Below are positions 1 through 9,382 of a stretch of DNA of 49,223 nucleotides, piece by piece (within the stretch, counting starts at the first letter, position 1; each line of letters starts with the position of its first letter). Where the stretch lies: positions 45,962 through 95,184 of the forward strand of contig JAAXHD010000189.1 in assembly GCA_012271015.1 (NCBI GenBank), in the 5' to 3' direction. The DNA is from Candidatus Poribacteria bacterium (lineage in GTDB: Bacteria; Poribacteria; WGA-4E; WGA-3G). The notes below the pieces were generated by a model, which searched no databases, was not told where the DNA came from, and saw only the letters and a program-made list of their open reading frames with translations. Position numbers and translations under genes: made by a program.

Positions 1-1181
1 CGCTCGGCGGTGATGGTGTCGGCATAGTCTTCGCATTCTACTAAGATAAACTTCCGATTCCCATCATCTTCTCTGTTAAGGGACAGAACGGCATGGGCGG
101 TAGTGCCGCTACCAGCGAAGGAGTCAAGAACGACGGCGTTTTCATCGCCCATGGTTGCGTAATTGACAATACGTTTTATTAAATCCCTACGTTTTGGATT
201 TGGAAAGTCAATCCCTAAGGCGTTCATTAAAGAGGAGGATTCATTAACAACCAGATCTGTCCAGAGTGAACTCAATATCCGTCTATCTGATGGAGGAACA
301 TAATGTTCAGGTCGATTTGTCGTTGACATTCGCAATAAATCAGGTTTCTGAGGTGATTGCGCAAACCACCACTCATCAATTTCGGTTTGACTTGGATAGG
401 GTCCACATTCATCAAGCAGATGTTCATAATTTTCTATAGCATTCAGGCTTCTTTGTCTCTCCCATCTCCACTGACCTGTTTCCGGAGTTATTCCCATTAA
501 CTTATATCTCATTGTCGGTCTATCGGTGCCGCGCCAATGATTATTCCAACTTCCAGTTTTATCTTCATCAATATCAACGGTCAAATGGGGAAACCTCATA
601 TCAGCGGATTTACTGAAGAAAAGCATATATTCTGAGCCCATATTCAGGCGATCTACGTACTCAAACTGGGCTTGAATATTTTTGATACCGCGGCGGATAC
701 TGACTACATTTCTAAAATTTCCCTCCTTAAAAACCTCCTCCATTAGCATCCTTAGATGGTGTACTTCATTATCATCAATAGAGATAAAGATTACACCATC
801 GTCAGCAAGCAATTCTTTAAGCAGGTGCAATCTCGGCCACATCATGCAGAGCCATTTGTCGTGTCGTTCCAAGTCTTCGTTATCAACGGGTGCGCTCTCG
901 GTGAGCCATTGCTGCATCAGGGGACTGTTTACGTTGTCGTTGTAGACCCAGCCTTCGTTGCCGGTGTTATAAGGCGGGTCGATATAGATGCATTTGATGC
1001 GGTTTGCATAGCGTGGCAGTAACGCCTTGAGGGCATGCAGGTTGTCGCCGTGAATGATGAGGTTGTCGTCTATGCCGGTCGGGTTGCAGGAGCGGGTTTC
1101 GTCGGGTTCGAGGGGTCGGTAGGGAACGGTGAGATGGTGTGCGTAGATGTGTTGTTTTCCTTTGAATTCGAGCGTGGGCAT
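1..1181 (-). CDS. Type III R-M Mod subunit-like adenine DNA methyltransferase (beta class); 3' end runs off the window
   Basis: Not in the ORF track. Manual translation from ATG at 1181 (AAAGGA upstream): MPTLEFKGKQHIYAHHL...NLIIHGDNLHALKALLPRY...IYIDPPYNTG...RHDKWLCMMWPRL...IFISIDDNE...VLDSFAGSGTTAHAVL. DPPY precedes FxGxG; the frame is consistent down to position 3. Confidence 0.9.
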   Translation of the reverse strand, partial: MPTLEFKGKQHIYAHHLTVPYRPLEPDETRSCNPTGIDDNLIIHGDNLHALKALLPRYANRIKCIYIDPPYNTGNEGWVYNDNVNSPLMQQWLTESAPVDNEDLERHDKWLCMMWPRLHLLKELLADDGVIFISIDDNEVHHLRMLMEEVFKEGNFRNVVSIRRGIKNIQAQFEYVDRLNMGSEYMLFFSKSADMRFPHLTVDIDEDKTGSWNNHWRGTDRPTMRYKLMGITPETGQWRWERQRSLNAIENYEHLLDECGPYPSQTEIDEWWFAQSPQKPDLLRMSTTNRPEHYVPPSDRRILSSLWTDLVVNESSSLMNALGIDFPNPKRRDLIKRIVNYATMGDENAVVLDSFAGSGTTAHAVLSLNREDDGNRKFILVECEDYADTITAE

Positions 1182-1204
1182 GGGCGGATCCTTTCGGTTT
1201 ATAC

Positions 1205-1322
1205 AGGACTTACGTAAATTGAGCAAATATCGGACAGTCAGACGCAAAAAACCGTAATTTCGTCCTTTAAACCCCCTAAATCCCCCTTATCAGGGGACTT
1301 TAAGAGGGAATGCGTAAGTCCT
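1205..1322. mobile_element. MITE-like element with 12-bp terminal inverted repeats
   Basis: AGGACTTACGTA (1205-1216) and TGCGTAAGTCCT (1311-1322) match 11/12 as inverted repeats; internal CCCCTTATCAGGGG hairpin. A related end (TATGTAAGTCCT) lies at ~38274-38285. Confidence 0.55.
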
Positions 1323-1348
1323 ATTATAGATATTTTCCCTTCCTCGAC

Positions 1349-1534
1349 TTACAGACGAGTGATTTCTAATTCCTTGCAGATTTTATTGGCGGTAATATTA
1401 TTGATCTCGGTGTGTCTTGGTCCTGAGGTGCGGGTGCCCCGTTCCGAATTCCACCATCGTGGGTGTCTACTACCTTCTCTAAGAAGTTCGCATCTGTGGT
1501 CTCTAAGATGTTTAATCAACTGCCTACGTTTCAT
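1349..1534 (-). CDS. hicA: HicA family toxin
   Basis: 61 aa MKRRQLIKHL...LREGSRH...PRHTEI...KICKEL matches the HicA pattern; overlaps the stop of the upstream hicB. Confidence 0.85.
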   Translation of the reverse strand: MKRRQLIKHLRDHRCELLREGSRHPRWWNSERGTRTSGPRHTEINNITANKICKELEITRL

Positions 1535-1814
1535 ATCGCTATGCTGACTTCCTCAAACCCGCTTTCAATTTGATGCGATGCTCCCTGCATACCGAACTCT
1601 AATATGTCCGAAACTTTTACCCCCTCAACCTCACTCTCAGTCCGGAGAGACATTTCAGGTCCTTCATATTCTAAAATTTCACGAAGCGTGATTTGCAGCG
1701 TATCTAACAATTCACTTTTCGTTCGTTCTTGACAGATAACCCCCGGACTTTCAATATCCACCCGATCCACCACCCCTCGCTTTGCCGGATAAGTGCAGTA
1801 TAGGATTTTAACAT
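1531..1814 (-). pseudogene. hicB: HicB family antitoxin, frameshifted
   Basis: ATG at 1814 gives the HicB-like N-terminus MLKSYTALIRQSEGWWIGWI. The continuation PGVICQERTKSELLDTLQITLREILE is in another frame (ORF 1531-1773); shift near 1750-1757. Confidence 0.75.
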
Positions 1815-1922
1815 TGTTTTTCTCCGTTGAGATTTTAAAACAAGTATAGCACTAAGTTAGGAAGGTTTCAAGTTTAAATATGAAGAAAACGGACAGGAAC
1901 GGCAAGAGATGAGAGAAGAAAA

Positions 1923-1944
1923 GGCGAGGTTCGGAAACCTCGCC
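1923..1944. repeat. REP-like hairpin
   Basis: GGCGAGGTT-CGGA-AACCTCGCC, perfect 9-bp stem. Confidence 0.6.
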
Positions 1945-1963
1945 AGCGGAGAACGGTTCGTAC

Positions 1964-2055
1964 GAGTCGGGAATCGGAGTGTTTTTGCTGGGGGTGTTTT
2001 TGCTGGGGTATTTCTGCGTATTGCTGGGGTGTTTCCTCAATTTCCGCCCTCCTAC
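1964..2055 (-). repeat. GTAG-type REP interrupted by three copies of the GTTTTTGCTKGGGT motif
   Basis: Flanks match the uninterrupted REP at 4257-4284; insert at 1981-2046. Confidence 0.8.
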
Positions 2056-2114
2056 AAAAGGACTGAATGCCTCAGCGAAAACGTTTGAATTCACTCGCGC
2101 AATATGCTATGATG

Positions 2115-3305
2115 TTAGCGGCGTGGGAAGAAGGTATCAATCCCTGCTTCAATGTCCTCAATTGGATGTCCGTGTTGCTGCTGATAACTTTCGTGGGTGC
2201 CGCGTTCTGTTGCTGTCAGGTCGGTCAGAGGGAAGGTAATGGCTTCTTTGCTACGATTCCCGGATTCGTTCATGGCGATGTTCATCTCTTGATCTTGCCT
2301 GGCGAGTGCGGCACCGTATTCAGGTTCGGTATCGTTAAGCACAGCCGTGGCGATGCTGAGCAGTTCATCTGCGACTGCCATTTGTCTCTCGGAAATGGCA
2401 TAGTTCTTGAGTGGATTTTCCCATGTCACGGTCTGTTCAGGTAATTGCAATTCGATTTTCTCAATAACTTCGACACCATCCACGTCAATTGTGGTTTGCT
2501 TGGGGCGGTAAGCGATCCCCAGCGCGCCAGATTGTAGATCGTCTGCGGGTGTTACGTAGATATCCTCACCGACAATGGTGCCTTTGCTACCATCAATCTG
2601 CGAAATGCCGGTTTGTCCTCGTCCCAAGGATCGGGCGTGAATCACGTTGGAATACACCATGAGGGCGGTCGCGTTGTTGTCGAATTCAATGAAGGCAAGG
2701 CTCCAGTTGTCGCTTGTATGATGCCGCTTCATCCGGTCGATAATCGGAATTACAGGACTTGTTTGCGTGATACCGAGCATAGACTTCGGTTCACCACCCG
2801 CACGGAGACGGAGCATGCTCATCCCATGATGACCCCCTTCGTGGAAAATTCGGTAGATTCGAGCGACTTCGCCGATAACGTCTGCTTCAATAACTTTTGA
2901 CAAAAACCGCTCACGTGGCACACGGTAATAGTTTTCAGCGATCTCAAGTTTGACGTTATTGGCTTTGGCTCGTTCAATCATCAGATCTGCTGTGGGGAGT
3001 GTAACAGTAATAGGCGTTTCACAAAGGATATGAACGCCGGCATCTGCCATAAAACATGCAATCGCGTGATGTGCGAGAGCCGGAACCGTAATATCAACGA
3101 CATCGAGTTGTTCATGTGCAACGAGATCCCGGACATTGGTGTACGGGGTCGCGCCATATTGCTTCGCGTAATTCGTTGCTACTTCCTCATCTATATCGCA
3201 AATTGCGACGAGATTGTAAATATCTTTGAGTTTCGGAATAACAGGCAGATGCGCACCTCCGCCTCGCCTTCCTGCACCAATTAAAGCGATATTGAGTTTG
3301 GACAT
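2115..3305 (-). CDS. Gfo/Idh/MocA family oxidoreductase
   Basis: N-terminal IALIGAG Rossmann motif, HILCETP (variant of EKP), AENY. Confidence 0.9.
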   Translation of the reverse strand: MSKLNIALIGAGRRGGGAHLPVIPKLKDIYNLVAICDIDEEVATNYAKQYGATPYTNVRDLVAHEQLDVVDITVPALAHHAIACFMADAGVHILCETPITVTLPTADLMIERAKANNVKLEIAENYYRVPRERFLSKVIEADVIGEVARIYRIFHEGGHHGMSMLRLRAGGEPKSMLGITQTSPVIPIIDRMKRHHTSDNWSLAFIEFDNNATALMVYSNVIHARSLGRGQTGISQIDGSKGTIVGEDIYVTPADDLQSGALGIAYRPKQTTIDVDGVEVIEKIELQLPEQTVTWENPLKNYAISERQMAVADELLSIATAVLNDTEPEYGAALARQDQEMNIAMNESGNRSKEAITFPLTDLTATERGTHESYQQQHGHPIEDIEAGIDTFFPRR

Positions 3306-3415
3306 GGCAGTCTCCTTCTATTGGCTATCAGTCATCGGCTATCGGTATTTCGTTTGTAATGAAGATAACAGTTATGTAGAAATGTGTCAACGGAAAACAT
3401 TGGTCACCGAAATAT

Positions 3416-3440
3416 GGGCAGGCACAAGACCTGCCCCTAC
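3416..3440 (-). repeat. GTAG-type REP
   Basis: Minus strand GTAGGGGCAGGTCTTGTGCCTGCCC: GTAG followed by a GGGCAGG/CCTGCCC stem. Confidence 0.7.
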
Positions 3441-3485
3441 ATTGTCTGACAAAACAGAGAGATTTACGGTAGTCGGTAAAAAATT

Positions 3486-4244
3486 ATGTTAGCCATCATC
3501 CTCAAAGAACTCCATTGCTACTGTAATTCTACCAAATATCGACGTATCCAGTTCCTGATTATATGTGCGCTCACATTGCTGTTGTTCGCAGCAACAGTTG
3601 AATTCTACGCCGACAGTCGAACGGGAAAACCGATTGATGTCGGGAAACAGACGTATACGTTTTTTATCATCGCCCTTTTCATTGTGCAATTTTGGGTGCC
3701 AAGGCATGCAGTTGAAGCGTGGCACATGGAAGGGATTCAAAGGTTTTATCAAGCACATCCACAAGGATATGGACAGAATGGAGCACTTCTGGCGTTAACG
3801 CCATTGACAAATTGGAAAATCTTGGTAGGTAAACTTAGCGCAATTGTGGTGTGGGCTCTGTGGAGTATTTGGTTAATAATTCCACTATTGGCACTCTCAA
3901 ATTATATAGGTGGTTTGACAGGGACGCAATTGGTGAGGTGCGTGGCAGTTTTATTGGTCAGTTGTATCTTTTATGCATTTATCGGTGTCAGTTTCGCGTT
4001 ATGGTATTCCCCGATTCGGGCAAAGAGTATCAGTTATGGGCTTATTCTGCTTACTACTTTTCTCCCACTGGTTCCAGTTTCGCCATTTAAGGCAATTCCG
4101 TTGTTCGCGGTAACAAGTCCACTGTGTTCCATTTTATCAATTCTTAACGCGGATACCATGCACTTGTGGATGTGGAATATCGGATTGTTTTGTGTGTTAT
4201 CCGTGTTGCTTTTTCTTATTCTGCTTAGATGGATGCGTTTTTAA
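3486..4244 (+). CDS. ABC-2-type transporter permease-like membrane protein
   Basis: About 6 TM segments; IILKEL start and LALTPLTNWKILVGKL motif typical of ABC-2 permeases. Confidence 0.65.
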   Translation: MLAIILKELHCYCNSTKYRRIQFLIICALTLLLFAATVEFYADSRTGKPIDVGKQTYTFFIIALFIVQFWVPRHAVEAWHMEGIQRFYQAHPQGYGQNGALLALTPLTNWKILVGKLSAIVVWALWSIWLIIPLLALSNYIGGLTGTQLVRCVAVLLVSCIFYAFIGVSFALWYSPIRAKSISYGLILLTTFLPLVPVSPFKAIPLFAVTSPLCSILSILNADTMHLWMWNIGLFCVLSVLLFLILLRWMRF

Positions 4245-4256
4245 GCTGAGGAATAA

Positions 4257-4284
4257 GAGTCGGGAATCGGAGTTCCCTCCTACA
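4257..4284 (-). repeat. GTAG-type REP, uninterrupted form
   Basis: Minus strand TGTAGGAGGGAACTCCGATTCCCGACTC with a GGGAA/TTCCC stem; same family as 1964-2055 and 14644-14688. Confidence 0.75.
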
Positions 4285-4320
4285 AGAGAACTGAATACCC
4301 TAACATTACCGACAGAAAGG

Positions 4321-4349
4321 TTGATTTTTACCTGGAAACGTGGTAATAT
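4321..4349 (+). promoter_or_regulatory. Putative sigma70 promoter
   Basis: TTGATT-N17-TAATAT with extended TG, upstream of the CDS at 4440. Confidence 0.45.
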
Positions 4350-4439
4350 GTAATCGGTTCTGGCAGGCATGTACCACCGTAAATCCTCTGGTAGTTCCTC
4401 CCTTCTTTTCAATGTTATTTTAATCCTATAAATATTCTT

Positions 4440-6386
4440 ATGGCACCTACAGCAAATTATTCATCCAATATTCAAGAAACATCGCGGTCTGGGCATCCGG
4501 GTGTAACCTTCCGCGCGATTCTGATCGGCATCGTCCTCATACCACCAAACACCTATTTTATCATGGCGAACCATCTCCGTTACTGGAGTACCCTCCCGAC
4601 AACGATGTCGCTGATTTACAACGTCGTGGTAACATTGGTGGTGTTGACGGGTCTCAATTTTTTGCTCAAATTGTTGCTACCCCGTTTTGCGCTCCGACAG
4701 GGAGAACTGCTCACTATCTACGTTATCCTTTCTATCTCATCAGCAATCGCGGGGCATGATATGATGCAGACAGTTGTGCCCGTTATTCCGAACGGTTTTT
4801 GGTTTGCGACACCCGAAAATGAATGGCAACAACTTTTCTGGCGGCATCTACCGAATTGGATGACCCTCAGTGAGTTATCCGTCTTGCAAGACTTCTACGA
4901 CGGCGATACAACCTTTTATACACAAAGGTATCTGGCAGCGTGGTGGGAACCGATTTTATGGTGGACTATTTTTTTATCTGTCCTGATTTGGGTGATGATT
5001 TGTATCGACCTGCTTCTTCGGAAGCAGTGGATTGAACGAGAGCGGCTCAGCTACCCGATCGTCCGTCTGCCGATAGAAATGACCTACTCAGATGGACGCC
5101 TCTTCAAAAACGGAATGTTCTGGGCAGGATTCGCGATTGCGGGAGGTATCGATCTAATTAACGGTATCCATGCGTTCTTTCCGGCATTTCCTGAGATACC
5201 GGTTCGTCAGGCAAACCTCGGCATCTATTTCACCGAAAAGCCGTGGGATGCAATCGGCTGGACTCCCGTTTATATTCTCTCATTCGGTGTAGGACTTGCT
5301 TTTTTAATGCCGTTGGAGATGTCGTTTTCGCTCTGGTTTTTCTACCTATTTTGGAAAGGGGAACGTGTTTTGGGACGAGCGATGGGACTTCAAGTTTTGC
5401 CCGGGTTCCCCTATGACGGACCGCAAGGTGTAGGCGCGTATCTGGCTATCGCCTGCTTTGCGCTCTACGGTGGACGCAAGCATTTTTATGCGATATTCAG
5501 AAATCTGATCCGAAAAGCAGATACAAACCTTCCACCTGAAATGCGAGACACAACGGATTATCGGTGGCCCGTAGCAGGATTAATCGGAGGCGTTCTCTTT
5601 CTCTTCATCTTCTCAAATCGAGGAGGGATGGCGCTCTGGATGATAACGTTGTATTTCGCCATCTATTATCTTCTTGCGCTGGGAATTACACGCGTTCGTG
5701 CTGAAGTGGGTCCACCGACCCATGAGATGTTCGTAGCAAACCCCCGACAATTTATCATAGATTCGCTCGGCTCGCGTATGATCCCGCCACCGAGCCTCAC
5801 GATGATGTCGCTCTATTTTGCTTTCAATCGCGGGTACCGTGCCCATCCAATGCCCCACACATTGGAAGGTTTTAAACTCGTGGAAGTGGCAAATATGCGT
5901 GCAGGCCGGATGGTAGTAGCACTGATGTGCGGCGTTTTTTTCGGCATCCTCGCCTCATTCTGGGCGTATCTGGTGGTTTCTTACAAGATAGGCGCGAATC
6001 CTGGGTTAGGGACTGGTGGTTACAATATGCTCCGCTCGTGGCTCTACTATCCGACAGAAACAAACATCCCCGCAGTGGGGTTTATGGGGGTCGGATTCCT
6101 GTTCACGGGATTACTGTGGTGGATGCGAACCCGTTTTCCGATGTTCCCGTTTCACCCTACTGGTTACGCCGTGGCGAGTAGCATGTGGACCTTCGGGTGG
6201 CTTTGGTTCTCTGTGTTAATTAGTTGGGGGATCAAAAACCTCATTTTGCGGTTCGGCGGTATTCGGCTTTATCACCGCGTGTTACCGCTCTTCTTGGGAC
6301 TCATTCTCGGTCAATTTATTGTAGGTGGCACGTGGGTGCTAATCCGACTGATCTGGGGTGTGTCTGTGTATTCGTTCTATCGGTAA
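4440..6386 (+). CDS. Large polytopic membrane protein (DUF6785/DUF6784-like, OPT-transporter-like)
   Basis: 648 aa with many TM helices; motifs RKQWIERERLSYPIVRLP, FPFHPTGY and LILRFGG recalled for this family. Confidence 0.75.
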   Translation: MAPTANYSSNIQETSRSGHPGVTFRAILIGIVLIPPNTYFIMANHLRYWSTLPTTMSLIYNVVVTLVVLTGLNFLLKLLLPRFALRQGELLTIYVILSISSAIAGHDMMQTVVPVIPNGFWFATPENEWQQLFWRHLPNWMTLSELSVLQDFYDGDTTFYTQRYLAAWWEPILWWTIFLSVLIWVMICIDLLLRKQWIERERLSYPIVRLPIEMTYSDGRLFKNGMFWAGFAIAGGIDLINGIHAFFPAFPEIPVRQANLGIYFTEKPWDAIGWTPVYILSFGVGLAFLMPLEMSFSLWFFYLFWKGERVLGRAMGLQVLPGFPYDGPQGVGAYLAIACFALYGGRKHFYAIFRNLIRKADTNLPPEMRDTTDYRWPVAGLIGGVLFLFIFSNRGGMALWMITLYFAIYYLLALGITRVRAEVGPPTHEMFVANPRQFIIDSLGSRMIPPPSLTMMSLYFAFNRGYRAHPMPHTLEGFKLVEVANMRAGRMVVALMCGVFFGILASFWAYLVVSYKIGANPGLGTGGYNMLRSWLYYPTETNIPAVGFMGVGFLFTGLLWWMRTRFPMFPFHPTGYAVASSMWTFGWLWFSVLISWGIKNLILRFGGIRLYHRVLPLFLGLILGQFIVGGTWVLIRLIWGVSVYSFYR

Positions 6387-6475
6387 ATTGTCTGAATCAG
6401 GTTTTTTCGATCTTCAAGGATTCCCGGGGTAAGAGAATTATTGAACTGAAGGCCCGTGCTTATACTGAAAAAGGC

Positions 6476-6505
6476 TTGATAGTTTTTGCAAAACTCGGGT
6501 ATAAT
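6476..6505 (+). promoter_or_regulatory. Putative sigma70 promoter
   Basis: TTGATA-N18-TATAAT upstream of the Uma2 gene. Confidence 0.5.
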
Positions 6506-6570
6506 ATAAATAAGAAAATAAAAGAGCAGAACACTTATCCCCAACAAGGTATTCAACAAGGAGAACAGGC

Positions 6571-7296
6571 ATGGCGATGTCCGAAAAGGGTGGGCACCTC
6601 GGTTATGCCCTGCCCGAAGAAAGAAGTCTTTATCCAGACACGGATGGTCAACCTATGGCAGCGAGTGATGATCATAGACGCGTTCTGATGCGGATCCTTC
6701 GGGTGCTTGAATCGTTTTTTAAAGATAACCCAGAGGTGTATGTCTCTGGAGATCTGCTGATGTACTATGTGGAGGGGGATCCCCGGAAAGTCGTGGCTCC
6801 GGATGTGCTTGTCTCTTTCGGGATAGGTCAGAAGGCGCGTCGGACGTATCTCGTCTGGCAGGAGGAAAAGCCGCCTGATTTCGTGATGGAGTTGGCGAGC
6901 GAAAGTACCTACCAAAAGGACTTGGGGGAAAAGATGCAGATTTACGCGGGTTTAGGGATTACCGATTATTTCTTGTGTGATATAGAGGATTTATATTTAC
7001 CCGCTCCGCTGATGGGGTTTACATTAGTAGATGGCAAATATCAACCGGTTCCGCAAGCGACAGACGGGGGTGTTCATTCCGCAGTAATCGGTTTAACGTT
7101 GCACCTGCAGCCCGACGTTTTACAGTTTTATGATCCTGCTACAGAGCAGTGGCTTCAGACCCCGGAGGAAGCAGCAGAAGCTCGCACAGAGCAGGAAACT
7201 CTGGCACGCCAGCAAGCGTCGGCACGCGCAGAGACAGCGGAGGCGGAAGTTGCACGCCTGCGCGCCGAACTGGAACCTTTGCGGGGTAATCCCTAA
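6571..7296 (+). CDS. Uma2 family (DUF820) endonuclease
   Basis: YPDTDGQPMA...VAPDV...PDFVMELASEST...KD motifs; C-terminal coiled coil; AAGGAG RBS. Confidence 0.9.
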   Translation: MAMSEKGGHLGYALPEERSLYPDTDGQPMAASDDHRRVLMRILRVLESFFKDNPEVYVSGDLLMYYVEGDPRKVVAPDVLVSFGIGQKARRTYLVWQEEKPPDFVMELASESTYQKDLGEKMQIYAGLGITDYFLCDIEDLYLPAPLMGFTLVDGKYQPVPQATDGGVHSAVIGLTLHLQPDVLQFYDPATEQWLQTPEEAAEARTEQETLARQQASARAETAEAEVARLRAELEPLRGNP

Positions 7297-7323
7297 GGCA
7301 TCGGCAGGATAGGGACATTGCTC

Positions 7324-8133
7324 TTACAAGTACCCAGCAAATTGATCTCGGACGCGCACTTTATCCGCGTCGTCCCCAAAACCGAGACTAAACCATCCGT
7401 CATAGCCGCGTCCATTCAACTGTGCAAATAGATCCGCAAAATCGATCGTCCCTTCGCCGGGAATGAGATGGATTTCATACTCACCGGTATTGTCGTTGAG
7501 ACGGACCTGACCGATGTTCTCTACGCCGAATGCATCCAAAAATCCTTGCCATCCCTCAGGAACGAGATGCCCATGCGCGACATTAAACGCCCACTTGAGA
7601 TACGGAGAGCGAAGCGCATCAAAAAACCAATGCGTCTCTTCAACATTATGAGGGATATAATGGATTTCAGCGTGTTCAGGTTCCCGGTTGTGGTTCTCAA
7701 AGAAGATGACGATCTCTGCCTGTTCTGCCCGATCGACCAGTCGCTGGATCCGTTCAATCGCCGCGTCCCGACGTTGTGCGACATCCCCAAAATGATAACC
7801 GCCATGCCCAATGAGCCACCCGCACCCAAGCCGTTTTGCGAGTTCTAAATTAGCAAAGAGATAGTCGTCAACGGCTTCAGACATAATAGGCGTGTATTCA
7901 GCGTTGTTGATTGCCGACGAAGGGTGAATACCCATGGCGACTTCGTGTGTTTCACAGAGGTCTCGGACTGTGCGAACGCGCGCCGAGTCAAATGAGGCTA
8001 CGTCATTTGGCGGAACATCGGCTTGGAAGTCGATATATCCAAATCCATTTTCTGCTGCCCATTGGATCGATTCTTCAAGCGGTCTATTTTTGGGTGCATC
8101 AAAACCGAAGCGATCTTTTGTATTATTCTGCAA
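7324..8133 (-). CDS. Sugar phosphate isomerase/epimerase (xylose isomerase-like TIM barrel)
   Basis: FFENH, FNVAHGH, RLNDN, HLIPGEGTIDF. TTG start at 8133 chosen from the GGAGGG RBS; overlaps the upstream stop. Confidence 0.85.
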   Translation of the reverse strand: MQNNTKDRFGFDAPKNRPLEESIQWAAENGFGYIDFQADVPPNDVASFDSARVRTVRDLCETHEVAMGIHPSSAINNAEYTPIMSEAVDDYLFANLELAKRLGCGWLIGHGGYHFGDVAQRRDAAIERIQRLVDRAEQAEIVIFFENHNREPEHAEIHYIPHNVEETHWFFDALRSPYLKWAFNVAHGHLVPEGWQGFLDAFGVENIGQVRLNDNTGEYEIHLIPGEGTIDFADLFAQLNGRGYDGWFSLGFGDDADKVRVRDQFAGYL

Positions 8134-9358
8134 AGTCTCTGCCCTCCCGTTGTGTAGCTTCCCATTTCCGATGCGTTGCAAAAAGTTTGACTTCAAAGGG
8201 ACGCATTCGTGTCACGAACGACCCATCAGACACAGCGGTTTTCTCGTCTCCGTAGAGTTCCACAAACTTGGTGCTGTTGAGGGCATCCAATCCGCTGACT
8301 TCCACGCCCATGTGGGCATGTTCATCTTCGTTAACGAGGACAATGAGCCAGTCCCGTCCGGTTCTCCGAGCCGTGATGCTCACGCCGCGCAGCGAGGCAG
8401 GGATGGATATATCGGTGCGTCCATCATCAATCGCTTGGACTGTAACATACTGCTCAACGGGTGCTGTGAGAAAAGGTTGGAGCGCGGCGAGTTCACTCGT
8501 CAAGGCGTAAAGCGACTTCCGAAATGCCTCTTTTCCGTCGGATTTGAGATAACTGGAACCCCAATACAGTATGCCTCTCGCGCCGTGCGTGATGCAAGCA
8601 TACGCCATCAGGCGCGACTCAGCAAAGGTGGGAAAGGCGATAATGTCGGTGTCTCCGTCGTCCAAATCGTTCCATGAAAATCCCTGAAGCACCATCCATA
8701 CAGGTCTGCCTTTGCCGACCTGTCTCCAACGGTCTGTTGAATCGGCAAGCCGGATAGCGGGACGACCCTCCGCCCGAATGGGATAATCATCGCAACCGGT
8801 GATGTCTACGGAGTCAATGTACTGTCGGACAAATTTCAGATCGCTGTCGCGCGCTTCATTTATCCAAATCTGTCGATTCTGTGGATCAATACTGCGGATG
8901 AATGCAATAGCCTCGCGCATATTCGGCATAATCTCTGCTGCCTGTTCCTCAGAATATTGGATAGCGAGCGGGGTCTGCATCCACCACTCGCCCTTATTCG
9001 GGAACACCGCCAATTGATCCTGTTTCCAGAGTCCACTATATGCGGTGAAACTCCACACCACCTCATCTGGACCTTCCCACACAGCAAGAGCAGGATGCTC
9101 TGCCAGCGTACGGACATGCTCCTGAAACTCTGATGTCGCACCGGATCGAAGTGCCAACGGTACCCACCCCATCATCCCGTGGGCATGTGCGCGATCCAGT
9201 GAATCCGTGTTCCCACATCGAATGAGATTGACCCCTGCTTCTGCCATATCTTTGAGTGCGTCATCGTCAGCGGGGTGTTCATAAAACCCGATCGGGAAGC
9301 GTCGGCGTCCATCCTGCGTGAGAAACCCATCGCCGTATCCATAGAGCATATCGTTCAT
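8123..9358 (-). CDS. Hypothetical glycoside hydrolase-like TIM-barrel protein
   Basis: PIGFY...AGVNLI...WEGPDE...DDYP...PVWMVLQ...HGARGILYW pattern. ATG at 9358 with GGAGG RBS. Confidence 0.6.
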   Translation of the reverse strand: MNDMLYGYGDGFLTQDGRRRFPIGFYEHPADDDALKDMAEAGVNLIRCGNTDSLDRAHAHGMMGWVPLALRSGATSEFQEHVRTLAEHPALAVWEGPDEVVWSFTAYSGLWKQDQLAVFPNKGEWWMQTPLAIQYSEEQAAEIMPNMREAIAFIRSIDPQNRQIWINEARDSDLKFVRQYIDSVDITGCDDYPIRAEGRPAIRLADSTDRWRQVGKGRPVWMVLQGFSWNDLDDGDTDIIAFPTFAESRLMAYACITHGARGILYWGSSYLKSDGKEAFRKSLYALTSELAALQPFLTAPVEQYVTVQAIDDGRTDISIPASLRGVSITARRTGRDWLIVLVNEDEHAHMGVEVSGLDALNSTKFVELYGDEKTAVSDGSFVTRMRPFEVKLFATHRKWEATQREGRDFAE

Positions 9359-9382
9359 TAGGAGCCTCCATCTCATATATCC

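Noticed and set aside
1-1181. Phase-variable simple sequence repeat in mod
   Set aside because: No SSR tract was seen in the visible part of the gene.
682-1217. Plus-strand ORFs 682-945, 756-1022 and 1035-1217
   Set aside because: Antisense shadows of the minus-strand Mod gene.
1981-2046. Possible mini CRISPR array
   Set aside because: Units are 14-15 nt, abutting or irregularly spaced, with no spacer-length intervals and no cas genes.
1852-2444. ORFs 1852-2094(-), 1979-2239(+) and 2067-2444(+)
   Set aside because: Chance frames through repeat DNA or antisense to the oxidoreductase.
7934-8677. 247-aa plus-strand ORF
   Set aside because: Antisense to two well-supported genes; no motifs.
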